Assembly: GCA_904063045.1 (NCBI GenBank)
Contig: CAJFCJ010000006.1
Coordinates: forward strand, 5,286,408 to 5,350,407
Length of the DNA: 64,000 nt
Reading direction: 5' to 3'
DNA from: Dimorphilus gyrociliatus
Lineage: Eukaryota; Animalia; Annelida
This document shows positions 35,085 to 47,410 of the stretch, in pieces; the stretch's first letter is position 1, and every line of letters starts with the position of its first letter. A program made the position numbers and the translations under genes. Under the pieces are notes generated by a model. That model ran no database searches. It was given only the letters and a program-made list of their open reading frames with translations, and was not told the origin of the DNA.

Positions 35085-38000
35085 ATGCAAGAGTTGGAAC
35101 ATTTTCCCTCCTTCGAACAAAGACGAAGTGTAGCTAGAAATGAAAGAGAAAGGTCACCGGCCCATTCGGCCCATGGTAGCCTTATACGATCTAGCTTGGT
35201 TAAAAGTCAAGAAAAAAGAATGGCAAAGAAGGTGAGGTTTTATAGAAATGGTGATAAGTACTTTCATGGAATGGTTTGGGCTATCTCCGTTGAACGTTTT
35301 CGAACTTGGGAAAGTTTATTAGCTGATTTAACTAGATCTCCATTAGGAGATAAGAATGTTCTACCCAACGGTGTAAGGTACATTTTTTCTTTGGATGGTG
35401 AGCGAAAGATTCTAGACCTGGGTCAGTTAAGGGAAGGCGAAAGTTACGTTTGTTCGTCTACGGCCATTTTCAAGAATGTTGAATACGTTTCTAGCAGTAT
35501 ACCGAGAAAGACAAATGCAACTCCTATCAAGACCAGAGTGAACAATGGTTATGATCCGGACGAAGAGTTTAGAGTAAATATTAAACCAAAATTAATTACG
35601 GTGATAAGAAACGGATCGAAACCGAGAAGGGCTGTTAGAGTTTTATTGAATAAGAAGACTGCTCACAGTTTGGACCAAGTGCTTGGTGATGTTAACGAGG
35701 CTATAAGGCTCGACTCGGGAGCTGTGAGGAAGATGTATACTCTGCAGGGAAAGCAGGTAATGATACAAAATTTTTACCCTTCTATCTTTTCCACACTAAA
35801 CGCACAAGTATAACCCCACCCAAAACCGCCCTTTCTTCCCTTTGTTCCTGTACAAATGCTCTATCAATCATCGTTTCAACCCTTCGTAATTAAACGCATA
35901 TATACATGCGTGCGTGTTTATTCGCTTTTTCTCGCCACTATATATCCGAATTGCACATGCGCCCCACGCATCCATAAACGCATTTGCTATTCCTTTCTTT
36001 TCTTCCATTCAGGTCACGTGCCTTCAAGATTTATTTTGTGAAGATAGCGTATTTATAGCATATGGTCTTGAAAAGTATTGTCTAGACGACTTCGACTTGG
36101 ATGACAAAGGTATGGAAATAAATAGACGTTTGATCAAAAAGTTTGTACGGTCACAGCGGGTTAAGTGACAAAAAAATATCCGTGTATGCATACATTAACG
36201 TAAAGACAATATTTCGACAAACAAGTTGGCAGATGGCAAACAAAGCCGGTTACCCTGGAAACGCGACGGCGTCACTTTTTCGAGTCTGGTAGCAGACAAG
36301 TACGTCTTACGCAATATCAGCAATGAGTCATAGAAAAGGGCAACTCGTAGGGTTAAGGGATAGATAGAGGGAGAGAAGCAGGGGGGCGTGGTGCAAGCAA
36401 GCAACTTTTCCGACTGCATCTGTTTAATGCCATGAGTCATATAATATGATCGGTCACGGGGTCGATTACATTATAAAACTCCTGAACTGACCGAAAATAT
36501 ATTTAAGCCTATGTAAGTGATGACTGATTACCCCATTTATAACAGAAGTGAAGTTCGTTAGCGCCTATAAGACGGTTAGGCAAAGGGAAAGAGTTACGTT
36601 GAAGTCGCCTAAGCCTTCCAGAAGACAAATAAGAAGCGTTGCTGATGTTATTCAAACAACAACAGTGCCAAATAGAAGACCAATAAATGGTACTAATGGT
36701 GTAAACGGTACTAATGGAACACATGGTCCGAATGGAACGAATGGAACGAATGGCCACAACCGTACAAATGGTTTTAACCATAACAACAAGGTGGATGAAA
36801 TCCCACCACAAGACTTGTTGTTTAGATATAAGATCGGTAAACGGATTGGTCAAGGAAATTACGCAATCGTTAAAGAATGCACCGATAAGAAGACAACAAA
36901 GCTTTGCGCGTTGAAAATTATTTCAAAGAAGGCTTGTAGAGGTCAAGAGAGTATGCTTGAGAATGAAGTGAACATTTTAAGAAGAATTCAGCATTCGAAC
37001 GTAGTTCAATTGATAGACGAGTTTACAACAGACAAAGCGCTATATTTAATCTCTGAATTAATTACTGGCGGAGATCTATTCGACGCTATATCATCTGCTA
37101 AAAAGTATACAGAAAGAGACGCTAGCGGCATGCTGTTCAACTTATGCAGCGCATTACACTATTTGCATTCGCATTCGATCGTCCATAGGGACGTGAAACC
37201 TGAGAATCTTTTTGTGAACGATTTGCAGGACGGCACTAAGATAATAAAACTTGGCGATTTTGGGTTAGCAACAGAGGTCAAGGACAAACTCTATGCCGTA
37301 TGTGGTACTCCAACTTACGTTGCTCCAGAAATTCTAGATGAAACTGGTTACGGAACAAAAGTAGATATCTGGTCAGCCGGTGTTATTACTTATATACTAC
37401 TTTGTGGATTTCCACCATTTTCTAGGTAAATAGAACAAATGCGTGAACAAAAATGTTATACAATCCAACATTTCTTATTTTATAACCCTTAATAATTTCC
37501 TGTTTTTTTCCCTTTGCTCATTTTCCCTTTTTTTCTCGCAATAGCACAACAAATAGCAACGAGGAGCTATTCGAGAAGATCATGAAAGGAGAATTTCAAT
37601 TTCAGTCGCCATATTGGGACGGAATATCTAATTCTGCAAAAGTAAATTAATTCAATGAATTTTTCTCTATTAAATTACATTTTATGCTATCCAATCAAAT
37701 TAGGAAATTAATTAACGCTAATAATCACTTATACAACTATATTCTTACTTTTATCACTCAGGAATTGATTACCTCAATGATTGATTTAAATGAAAGTAAG
37801 CGTTATACAGCAATGAACGTACTCAATCATGCTTGGGTTTTGGTAAGTAATACTAAAATACTCTAATAATAGTATCTTTATATCTATGTTTCTTAATAGG
37901 AGGATACCGCATTTAATAATGATTTAAACATCAAATCGAAATTAAATGAGACTATTGCAAATTATAAGATGAAACCAAAGAATGGAGCTGATTCTATTGC

Positions 38001-38203
38001 TGTAAGAATTATTACCTAGTTTTTATTCATTTTCTAAATTGATTTAATGTGCACAAAACATGATTAGTTTAATATATTTTCCTTATTTTCTTTTCGTATG
38101 TTTATAGACTGTGGCTCTAGATAAGAAATCTTGCTTTTTTGAAAGTCCTAAACATTTGAAGCTTACACATTACGAAAATGGCGTTCAAGACGAAATGTTT
38201 TAA
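35085..38203 (+). CDS. DCLK: Doublecortin-like kinase (2 DCX domains + CaMK-like kinase), 7 exons
   Basis: [13 protein letters not shown] and KLITVIRNG (DCX domains), then [19 protein letters not shown] and [10 protein letters not shown]. Confidence 0.95.
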
Positions 38204-39396
38204 AACAAATTAAGTTAAACCGAGTTAATCTTATTGATTAGAGTTAATCTTATTACATATATGTTTATTAATTATATATTCAGTATTTATACATATATAA
38301 TTTTTTTTTATATTCTTTTCTATATAATCCTTCGCTTTGGCCTGATTCGAATGGTGCCATGCATGCCGTGTTAAGTAGATAAAATGCTTTTAATCAGTTG
38401 TATTATGAATGTATGTATATACTATATATCAGTTTATATCTATGCATAAATTTACATAATTTTAAATACTATATTATTTTAATTAACTATGCAAAAAAGT
38501 TCAAACATATTACAAAAAAAAAACAGCTTCTACTCTCTTAGCTTCTTTTTCAAATAAAATGATAAATGAACAATGTATTAGTTTTCTTTTATATATGTAT
38601 GTATTTAAACAGTTAATTAGCTAATTATAAATGCAAATTTATTCAAATTTAACAAATATTTAAATCGATATATAATATAGAAGAAAGGGTGTAAGTCTAA
38701 AGCATTAGAAATATGTGAAGGATTAGACAGGCTTTGATTATTCTATTGATCAATTACCACAATTAAACTTTACCAGTCGTAAATATTATATCAAGGCGAA
38801 AAGAAAGACGAAACTTTTGGAATAAAGAAACCAAAAGTTTATTGTTTGCGTTAATCTTTTCGTTGACAACATGTCTATTTTATAAATATGTATTTCTATC
38901 GAAAGTTCTTTCCCACTCGATAAGTTTTCACAATTTTATATAAGACATATTAAATTACCTAACACATACTTGTCTAATTTAATAGGCAAGCATAAACCAG
39001 AATGAAAGTTTAACAAAAAGAACAAGAAGAATGTTTAAAATGAAATTAATAAGAATAAAAAAGAAGACTTTACAAAAAGTTATCTTTTTATGTTAAATAC
39101 TTTTATAACACAGTTCAAGAGTTATTTATCTATTAAAATTTAAAGAAACGTATAATAAATTATAACAGAAAGAAATACAATTTCGCTCATTATTTCAACC
39201 TTTACTAAATTTTTTCTTTTTTTAAGAAAGTTATAATTGAACTAGACAAAAATAAAATGACTAACCAAATTAAGAACAGAGATAAAATCAATACTTTGCT
39301 TTTTTTTCAATGGTAATGTTAGTTACAGTTTGTTTTTGTTTTTTTTTTGTCAAATGATACTATTTAAAATCCTTGAGAGAAAGAGAGAAACAGAAA

Positions 39397-42300
39397 CTAA
39401 AAGCCACCATTTTTTATCACATTTGCAGTATCTCCTTTAACAAATGAAAAACACAAGTTTTGATCTCTTTTGTCACCCCAACCTCCATTTGGTTTAGGCA
39501 TTCTAGACGGAGATTTTGGATAGCTAAACACAGAAAAAGTATTCGGGAATAAATTTTTTTCATTTGTCGCCAAGAGTTGTTTAATACTAGCAACCCTACT
39601 CTGAGGATTACAATTTTTTCCTTTGTGATGTTGGCCACATTCACCGATGTGAAATACTCTAGGTCCTTTCAAGATCATTGCTTTCAGTTTACCAGTCATA
39701 CAATTCATGCCAATATGTTGTAAAGACCAATCCCAATTATAATCATCATATTCACAGAATGGCTGTAATTGATATATAAAGAGATTACATATAAAAAAGA
39801 TTATAGAATTTATAATACACCACATATTTTGCGCAACTATGACTATGGACTTAAGTAACTAAGTAAAATTTAATGATTTAGCTTTATTAGCAAATTTAAA
39901 GCCTTCTCCTCTCTTATTTATTCGTATGATGAATAAATTTATGGTACAAAGCAGATTTACCGTATAGATAATAGTTTGAATTCAAAATATACATTTTAAT
40001 CAATTAATAATTCTATTTTTATCAAAATGTGTTTTTTATGTATTTATAATGTTATGAATGCATGCAGCTAAAAAAAATTCTATCAGCTGCAATACTTTAT
40101 CCTAGAGAATGTCTATATTTAGTAAAATTTCAATTATTTTTGTCTGTTATATCTTAGAAATTATAAATAAATACTCTATAACCTTCAAATATCCTTTTAA
40201 ACAGAATTTATATAAATCTTATACTGTACAAGTACAAAAGATAATTACCTTTTTAATACATAAATATAAGAGACAATTACGTAATAATCCAGCAAATATT
40301 TACTTACTTTTGCACAATTTTTTATACTTTTCCATACGTCTCTATTGAAAGCCATCCCCATATTGTGTTTTGATGAAACCCAACTTGTTATATCCACCTA
40401 AATTATTAAAAAAAAACAATAGAATAGATTAATCAAAAATATTAAAAAACGTATGGAAAGAACCAAAAGAAACAAAATAAACACAAAAACAAAAAGCAGT
40501 TTAGTTAAAGAGAAAAGAAGGAAAATAGAATAAAAAGATGATTTTTAAAAAAACGTAAATAAATTAGAATGTTGTTGTCTACTTTGTGTTGAAATTAAAC
40601 TATCTAATTAAAAAAAATGTCCAACAGTAAACCGTCTAATTGATTTGGAAAAAGCTTATAGTTGGAATTAAACAAATCGTTTCAACCTTATTATCGAGAT
40701 AAATAAAGAAAAGGAGAAATAAATAATTAAAAAAAAAACATATAAGTAGGCTCTTGGTTTGAATACGTAAACAAAGAGGAAATCTTTATGATACGTTAGT
40801 TGTATATAAAAGTGTCTGTTTTTCATGTCTTTACCATATGCTCTCTGTTAGAGCCTTGAAAAAGTATGTATCTAAGGATTTTGCCAAAATAATTTCCAGT
40901 CTTTGATTCTTCCTGAATGATTGAACAATGTTATTCAAGAGAACTAGTTTTATTTGTTTTGATTTCAAATATTCACAAGTACAGCTGGAATTATCTATTA
41001 AAATATATAACTAAGCAGGATAATTTAAACAAGAGCACTCAAATTTCAGCTTGAACTAAAAGTGTTCAAGAGGTCTTTTTATCGTATTTGATATTATTCG
41101 TGTAGTTTTTTTTTCTGATTGATTGAAAGTATACTATAAACGGCTTACACTCAAATGAAATTAATTAGCTGAATATGATATAAAATACTATTTAAAATGA
41201 AATAAAAGAACATGATATAGTCGAAAAAATGAATAATTAAACTAATAATCATAGAAAGAAAGGAGAAAAATTAATTAACTTTCTGTATATATATATATAT
41301 ACTGTATATAGAAGACTATAAAATATAAGAGATAAAAATGTAGATCAATTTGAAATAATATAACGTAATATTAGTAATTAGTACTACAAATAATAATTCT
41401 ATATAAATTACCTTTGAGGAATGTTCAAACGAGGGCTTTTTATCATAATTACCCAATGTAAATATTTGGCAGTCTTTGCAACTGCTATGGACGGAAGTTA
41501 ATTAAATAATAAAATTTAATGTATATCACCATAAAAATGCTTTGTTTGTTCTACTTACGAACTCCTGAATCTATACATTTTTAACAAAGTATATAAGAAA
41601 TCTTTAGCTACAAAATGATCCTCTTCCAAGAAAAGTATTGGGCCTCGATGATATTTTGTTGTTGTAAGTTGATCGAACACATAATTTGCTTTCCAGAACC
41701 AATGATGTTTTATTTGAGCGTATTTTGCTTCTCTATAATGGCCGTAATGATCGGGAAACTCAGCATTATTACATTTTGATTTTATCGCTCTACATTTATA
41801 AAAGTAAATAAAAGAAAGGATCGATAAGTTTAAATAATTAATTTCATTTTTTGCTATGAATTTGAGATAATTTACTCTGATCGCGGAATATTTCTAGGAC
41901 AATCTTTTGAATGCTCTCCTGGAAATTCTTTAGGGTACAACTGCATTGCGAAAGGATAATAAATTTGCAGGACCTAGAAAATATTAAAATTGTTTAGACG
42001 ATGAAAAATGACATTATAATAATTATTTACAGGACAGAAGTCGATTGAGGCTATTGTATCATGGATATGTCTGGCAAAATAGTCATGACTAAATACCAAT
42101 AAACTTTGACTGATTCCAGTGGCTTGTCGTAGAGACTCTATTAGATATTTTAGATAATCTGATCTATCGTGAACCTATCAAAACAATATCGATCATAAGA
42201 AAAAGATATTTTTAGACATGATTAGATACAATACCTGAACAATTATCACCACTGTGTCTTCTCCTCCTTTAAGGTCAAATTTATTCAAATTTCTAACATA

Positions 42301-42621
42301 CTCTTTTCTATTATTTTCTTCAAATGCTTTTCTTAACAATTTTATATCGGATGATTCACTAAGATTTGCAAAAACATTGTCGGTCACGACTGATCTCACA
42401 CTGCTACTGGTAGGTATTCGTTGATTAGTGACTGTCTGTGAAGGCTCGGAGGATGTCATTTTTGGAGATGTAGTCACTAATGTTGGGCTATTAAACTCAA
42501 CAGCATCTTTCAACGAGCCATTTTCAGATACACGTAGTAAAAATATTAAATTAACAGCAAGAAAGGTGGCAAAAATGAAAATAACAAGGCCTTTAACGGA
42601 GCGACGAGGGAGAATTCGCAT
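39397..42621 (-). CDS. MGAT2: Alpha-1,6-mannosyl-glycoprotein 2-beta-N-acetylglucosaminyltransferase (GnT-II), 7 core exons
   Basis: Type II TM N-terminus, then VQVHDR, HYREAK...KHHWFWK, FLEEDH, KHNMGMA, CEYDDYNWDWSL, RVFHIGECG and NGGWGDKRD. Confidence 0.93.
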
Positions 42622-43066
42622 GTTTAAGCTTTTCTCTCATCTTTCATGATTTTAATGCTATCGAAAAACACAAAATGATAGATTAATAGTGAAAATGACA
42701 TTAGTAAACAGAAGAGAGAACTCTTACAAACCTCGTATATTTCCTATGCTTACAGTTGACGTCTTAAGATGTAAGCGAATTCAATTCAAGTTGGTGTTAT
42801 ATTTATTGATATCCAATACTAAAAAGTAACAAATGGTTCCTTCATTAAGTATAGACCACTTTTTTTTGCTTCGCGTTCAAGAACTCGAATAGAGCATTCA
42901 CTTGACAATGTTAAATAATTTACGATGAAATCTCACACGCACTTCCGGTTAGCGCATTTTTTTGAATATTACACGTTGCTTTCGTTCTATTTTAACTTAA
43001 GCTTATCAATAAATATTAATGTAGCAACAACAAAAAATTTATTGAAAAATTATATTACTCTCAAAG

Positions 43067-44044
43067 CTATTTGCTTAATAATTGAATTAAATCGTTAAAA
43101 TGTTCGTTTATATCTTTTTCATATTGATTAATCCAATCTGCATCATCTTCAGTTATAAATTTATAACTTGGTAGTTCTTTTAATATTTTCTTTACCTCAT
43201 TCTTCAATAATTCAATATTTTTCAAAAGTAATGATTTATCCAAAGGAGGGTAGGCTGAATTTACGAGATCATCGATAATAGGACTAACTTTTATACATTG
43301 TTCGTATAATTCATCCATATCAAGTGTTATATTCTCACTTTTCTGAACTGCCACTATAGAATTCTGAACAATTGAAGAAATTAATTCAATTACTTTTTGA
43401 AATGCCTGGACAATGTTTCTTTCGCTTTCGCACCACGTTTCAGGTTCTGGCATATCTTCTAGATCTGAAAAAAATTCATCAGCACTTTCATTATCCTGAG
43501 CTGTAGCTAATTCTCCGGATGCATCTTCAATCATTCCGAGTTCGTCTTTAAGCCTTTCTACAATTGCCTCTCTATTATTCTTTGGTAATTTTGCAAATGC
43601 ATCGCATCTTGACCACACAATACCTGTTAATGTTCTAAACTCATTATTGTTTATTTCATTCAATTCTAATTTTTCCATTCCTCGAACAAATTCTAGTAGG
43701 CTTTCACAAACGTAAATTATGTTTCTTTTGAGTATCGAACAAATCAGGTTACCATCGTTTTTACCGAGATTATAAAATGCCGATAGTAGAGCCACTAGTC
43801 CCTGCTCTGTTTGATTAAAAATAACCCGAGTATCCTTTCTTATTGGATACGGTGGTTTAGAATAGAGAACGCTCAATTTTGTTACAGAGGCCGAAATAAT
43901 GTTGTTAGACACTTGTATCCTTTGTGACAATCTTTCCAAAGAACTTTCAGTTGATCGCTCATTATCAGTCTTCAATTGATCGATGATGGACGTTATATTC
44001 TGTTTAAAGGCTTCAAATATTTTATCTTCATCAACTTCAGCCAT
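43067..44044 (-). CDS. CCNDBP1: Cyclin D1-binding protein 1 (GCIP family), intronless
   Basis: Helical 325-aa ORF with VTKLSVLYSKPP, TGIVWSRCD, IEDASGEL and IDDLVNSAYPP, which I recall as GCIP motifs. Confidence 0.8.
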   Translation of the reverse strand: MAEVDEDKIFEAFKQNITSIIDQLKTDNERSTESSLERLSQRIQVSNNIISASVTKLSVLYSKPPYPIRKDTRVIFNQTEQGLVALLSAFYNLGKNDGNLICSILKRNIIYVCESLLEFVRGMEKLELNEINNNEFRTLTGIVWSRCDAFAKLPKNNREAIVERLKDELGMIEDASGELATAQDNESADEFFSDLEDMPEPETWCESERNIVQAFQKVIELISSIVQNSIVAVQKSENITLDMDELYEQCIKVSPIIDDLVNSAYPPLDKSLLLKNIELLKNEVKKILKELPSYKFITEDDADWINQYEKDINEHFNDLIQLLSK

Positions 44045-44231
44045 TTCGCCGAGTTATCTTTCTAAATTATGGAAGAAATGAAAAGATATTTCAACAACGT
44101 TGTGCAAGTTTAATAGATTCCCTATTGTCGCTCATGAAATAGATGGCTCTGTTCTACAAAGGTGAAGGTTTGTCAAGGTCGTTCGAGAACATTAACGGGC
44201 CTGTATAGTGACACTGCGAAATACCGCTAAA

Positions 44232-44538
44232 ATGACCGGATTAAGCAAGCAAACTAAAGAGAATATCATGAAAGTTGTCCATGTTGGACAAACAGTCTTT
44301 CATTACGGGTTTATACCATGTATACTTTATTTAGGTAAGGATTTGTAATAAAGAGAATGCACGTGGTTTTTAGCTTACTCTTAATCAAACACTTAATTTC
44401 AATTAGGATTTAAGAAAGGAGCTGAACCAGGTGGTCCACCTCTCTCCTTATCGAGGTATATTAATTTATATTTAATAACTTACAAATCATAATAATTGGG
44501 ACATATACATTTTTTTTTTCAGTTTGCTATTCCAGTAG
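44232..44538 (+). CDS. TOMM7: Mitochondrial import receptor subunit TOM7, 3 exons
   Basis: Exons 44232-44334, 44407-44455 and 44523-44538 give ...QTVFHYGFIPCILYLGFKKGAEPGGPPLSLSSLLFQ. Confidence 0.93.
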
Positions 44539-45947
44539 AGGGGATGCTTATCGATTTGTTTGTTACTAATGGAAAATTCCTAAATTTATCTCTAAAAGAA
44601 GAAGCAAAAAATTAGAACAGTTCCATTGTATATAAAATACAATTTCATTTGAAAAACCTTATCCATCAGTTTATCATATTTCTCTACAAAAACATATTGT
44701 TAAATAGTCATATAGCAATCAAGTCAATGAATAAACATTCTCTTTTCAATTGAAAGTATTCAAGTTTAAAAGAAAACATTTTTGAATTGATTAACGTCTA
44801 GTCCTAATGTACTAATATAATTAATAATTTACAAACTACTATATTTTAAAAAAGCCCATATAAAACGAATTTTAAAAAACTACAAACTATTCCGCCAAAG
44901 AGTTAACCAAAGAGAATTTACATTTGACCTGAAAGGGTTCAACCCATGAACTTAATATGCAAATGAAGTTTTAAACGAAATAAAACATAAAAAACTTCAT
45001 AAGTACTAATTAATAGTTTTTAAAATTAAACAGTTCTTGCTCAAGCACAACCGTGCAACTATTTCGCCTTTTACTAAATAGTTCCGTAGGCTTGAGACAT
45101 CAATGAACATTCCTTAATTTTTCTGCAGCCCTTTCCATAAGGGTCCCATTATAATAACAAAAACTGCACTGCACGTGAAGTCTAGCAATTTCATGCTTAA
45201 AAGCATCTGCATCTGACAGACTATAAACATAAATTGGAAATTAATTACCCCAACAAAAGCATGTTATTATATTTAATAACTTTTTTGACAGGCAAATAAA
45301 TACAATTATCAAAAGTTCTCTTTGTTTTTACTTTTTCAAGAATACGTTCTCGATATTTTGTTAAGAATTCTTTTGAATAAACGTTCAATGTTTAATCTAT
45401 TAATTATAAATCACAGTCAGGAGTTTATCTAAAAACTATAAGACGAAGTCATAATTACTTTTAAGTCAATCTGATCCAATATGATTTTAATATATATATA
45501 GGATAAATAATTAAAAAAACAAGACAATAACTTAATTGAATAGTATTCAAAGCGAAGAAGCCATATGAGGTTTCCGTATAAAGATGATATTTTTTAATAC
45601 TGAAATAAATAATTAGAACAACAACTGGTAGACTTTTCTGTGTTATTTATAGAAAAAAGTTTATACATAATTAGAGATATAAACTTATTTTTATATAAAA
45701 AATTTATAAATTAATTATGATAATATATTCATAACTTTTTTAGATAGTTTTAAATATTCCTAGAATAAATAAATAAAAAACACTTAAAGGCATATGGCAA
45801 CCAAAGAGAATACGTCATTTATATATATATATATATATATTTATATAAAAGTAAAATAGAAAAGTAAAATAAATCAATAACAAATTGATTGATCAATGTA
45901 TTGAAATCGCTGTCTGTTTCGTAGCTATATCACCAAATTGAAAGAAA

Positions 45948-46962
45948 ATGATTATATTCTTCGTCTTTCTGCTGTTTTTCGGTAACTTTATTCGTTTAAA
46001 TTAATATCTTAACATATAAACTAAATATTTAATTAACAATAACTTAAATAATAGTAAGAGGTCACGCGAAAATCGAATACTCTTGTGGAACTGGATATAT
46101 TCAGCTGGCCTCCATATCAGAAAAAGGAAAGATTGCATCGCCCTTCTACCCTTCAGGATATCCCAATATGGTCAATTGTGTTTGGCTTTTAGAGGCTCCA
46201 TCGAAACGTCAAATAGAACTGGTTGTTGAGGATTTACAGGGAGACACGACGACAGACAACTGTAGAGATTATTTAGAGATTAGAAGGGGCAATAGATCGG
46301 CTGCTCTGCATTATAGAGGTTGTAAGTTAACGGAACCTCTAACTATAAGGTCAGAAAATCGATGGCTATGGGTAAAATTTCAATCGGATGGGACTTCAGC
46401 TACAGGAAGAGGATTTATCGCTCGATATTCAAGTTTCTCCTCATCTAAAACTGACGAAACCTCTCCGGTTATACGTTGTACATCAACAAAATATAAATGC
46501 AGCAATCAAGAATGTATAGTAAATTCATACTTGTGCGATGGCGTCAACGATTGCGGTTGTACTGGAGACTGCGATGAGGATAGCTGCGAAAAGGGAAAAT
46601 TGTCCACTACTGTACTTTTGGGAGTTGGTATTGGCGTTGGTAGCGTCGTATTCGTTGGTATTTTTATCGGAGTTGGCTTACTCGACCTCTTTTTGAAGTA
46701 TAGAGCTGATAAGATAAATAAGATGTTGGAAGAGAAAGCAAAGAAAAGATCCAGGAGAAGAGCAACTAAGAAAGGAAGTGGTCTATTCGCAGCTAGTATA
46801 GCAGCAGGTCGAAGTTCGAATGGTTCTATGGCCAGTTTAAAAAGTTTAGGAGAATCTCAAAGAAGTGATAGACTTCGAAAGCTCAGCTTAGCCAACGAAA
46901 GTATTGGATTAGCTAAGGAGAAAACTTTATTTAATACCCTTTCTACGCCAGTTAAAGCTTGA
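45948..46962 (+). CDS. Single-pass membrane protein with CUB and LDLa domains, 2 exons
   Basis: Signal-peptide exon MIIFFVFLLFFG, CUB domain (IASPFYPSGYP..CVW...CRDYLEI...FQSDG...GFIARY), LDLa (YKCSNQECI...LCDGVNDCG...DE), TM segment and basic cytoplasmic tail. Confidence 0.85.
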
Positions 46963-47292
46963 ATTAACAATACTCTATCTGTGAAAATTGTCAAAGATAT
47001 TACCTCTCTCAATACTCATTAAAAATTTTGTAGATACAGTATATATAAACTTTATATATGTAATAATATACAGTGTTCTGCGAACTCAGATATTATTAAA
47101 AGATAATATTTATGTCTAAAAAAAAATTTTTTTGCTTTACATCTTAGATAATGTTAAAAACAATTAAATTTTGACAATTGCGTGATGGCATGGGCAAGTC
47201 TAAAGATGCCTAAAATAGGTCTACGTATGAATTATACGATAACAGTTCTATATAGTATATGATACTATTGAGTGCTGAACGATATTCGATCA

Positions 47293-47302
47293 GCGCATGC
47301 GC
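47293..47302. promoter_or_regulatory. NRF1/EWG-type palindrome upstream of PHGDH
   Basis: GCGCATGCGC in an AT-rich background, about 110 bp before the ATG. Confidence 0.55.
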
Positions 47303-47410
47303 AACCGAATCATATATAAACAGGTTAGCGCTCTCTCTGTCGTCAGCTGCTTGTTGCAGACGAAGCCGGTTATATTAATCCGACAGAAAAATAGCGTGTT
47401 TTGAATCGAA

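Noticed and set aside
44957-44964. Octamer ATGCAAAT as an snRNA distal element
   Set aside because: No recognisable U snRNA sequence or Sm site at the expected distance on either strand.
45098-45106. In-frame TGA as selenocysteine
   Set aside because: The context matches no selenoprotein family I know, and no convincing SECIS (AUGA/AA/GA) lies downstream.
27129-45120. Idea of stop-codon reassignment, prompted by in-frame TAA/TGA in several coding-like fragments
   Set aside because: Confident genes terminate normally at TAA, TAG and TGA. The interrupted frames are TE remnants or uncertain fragments.
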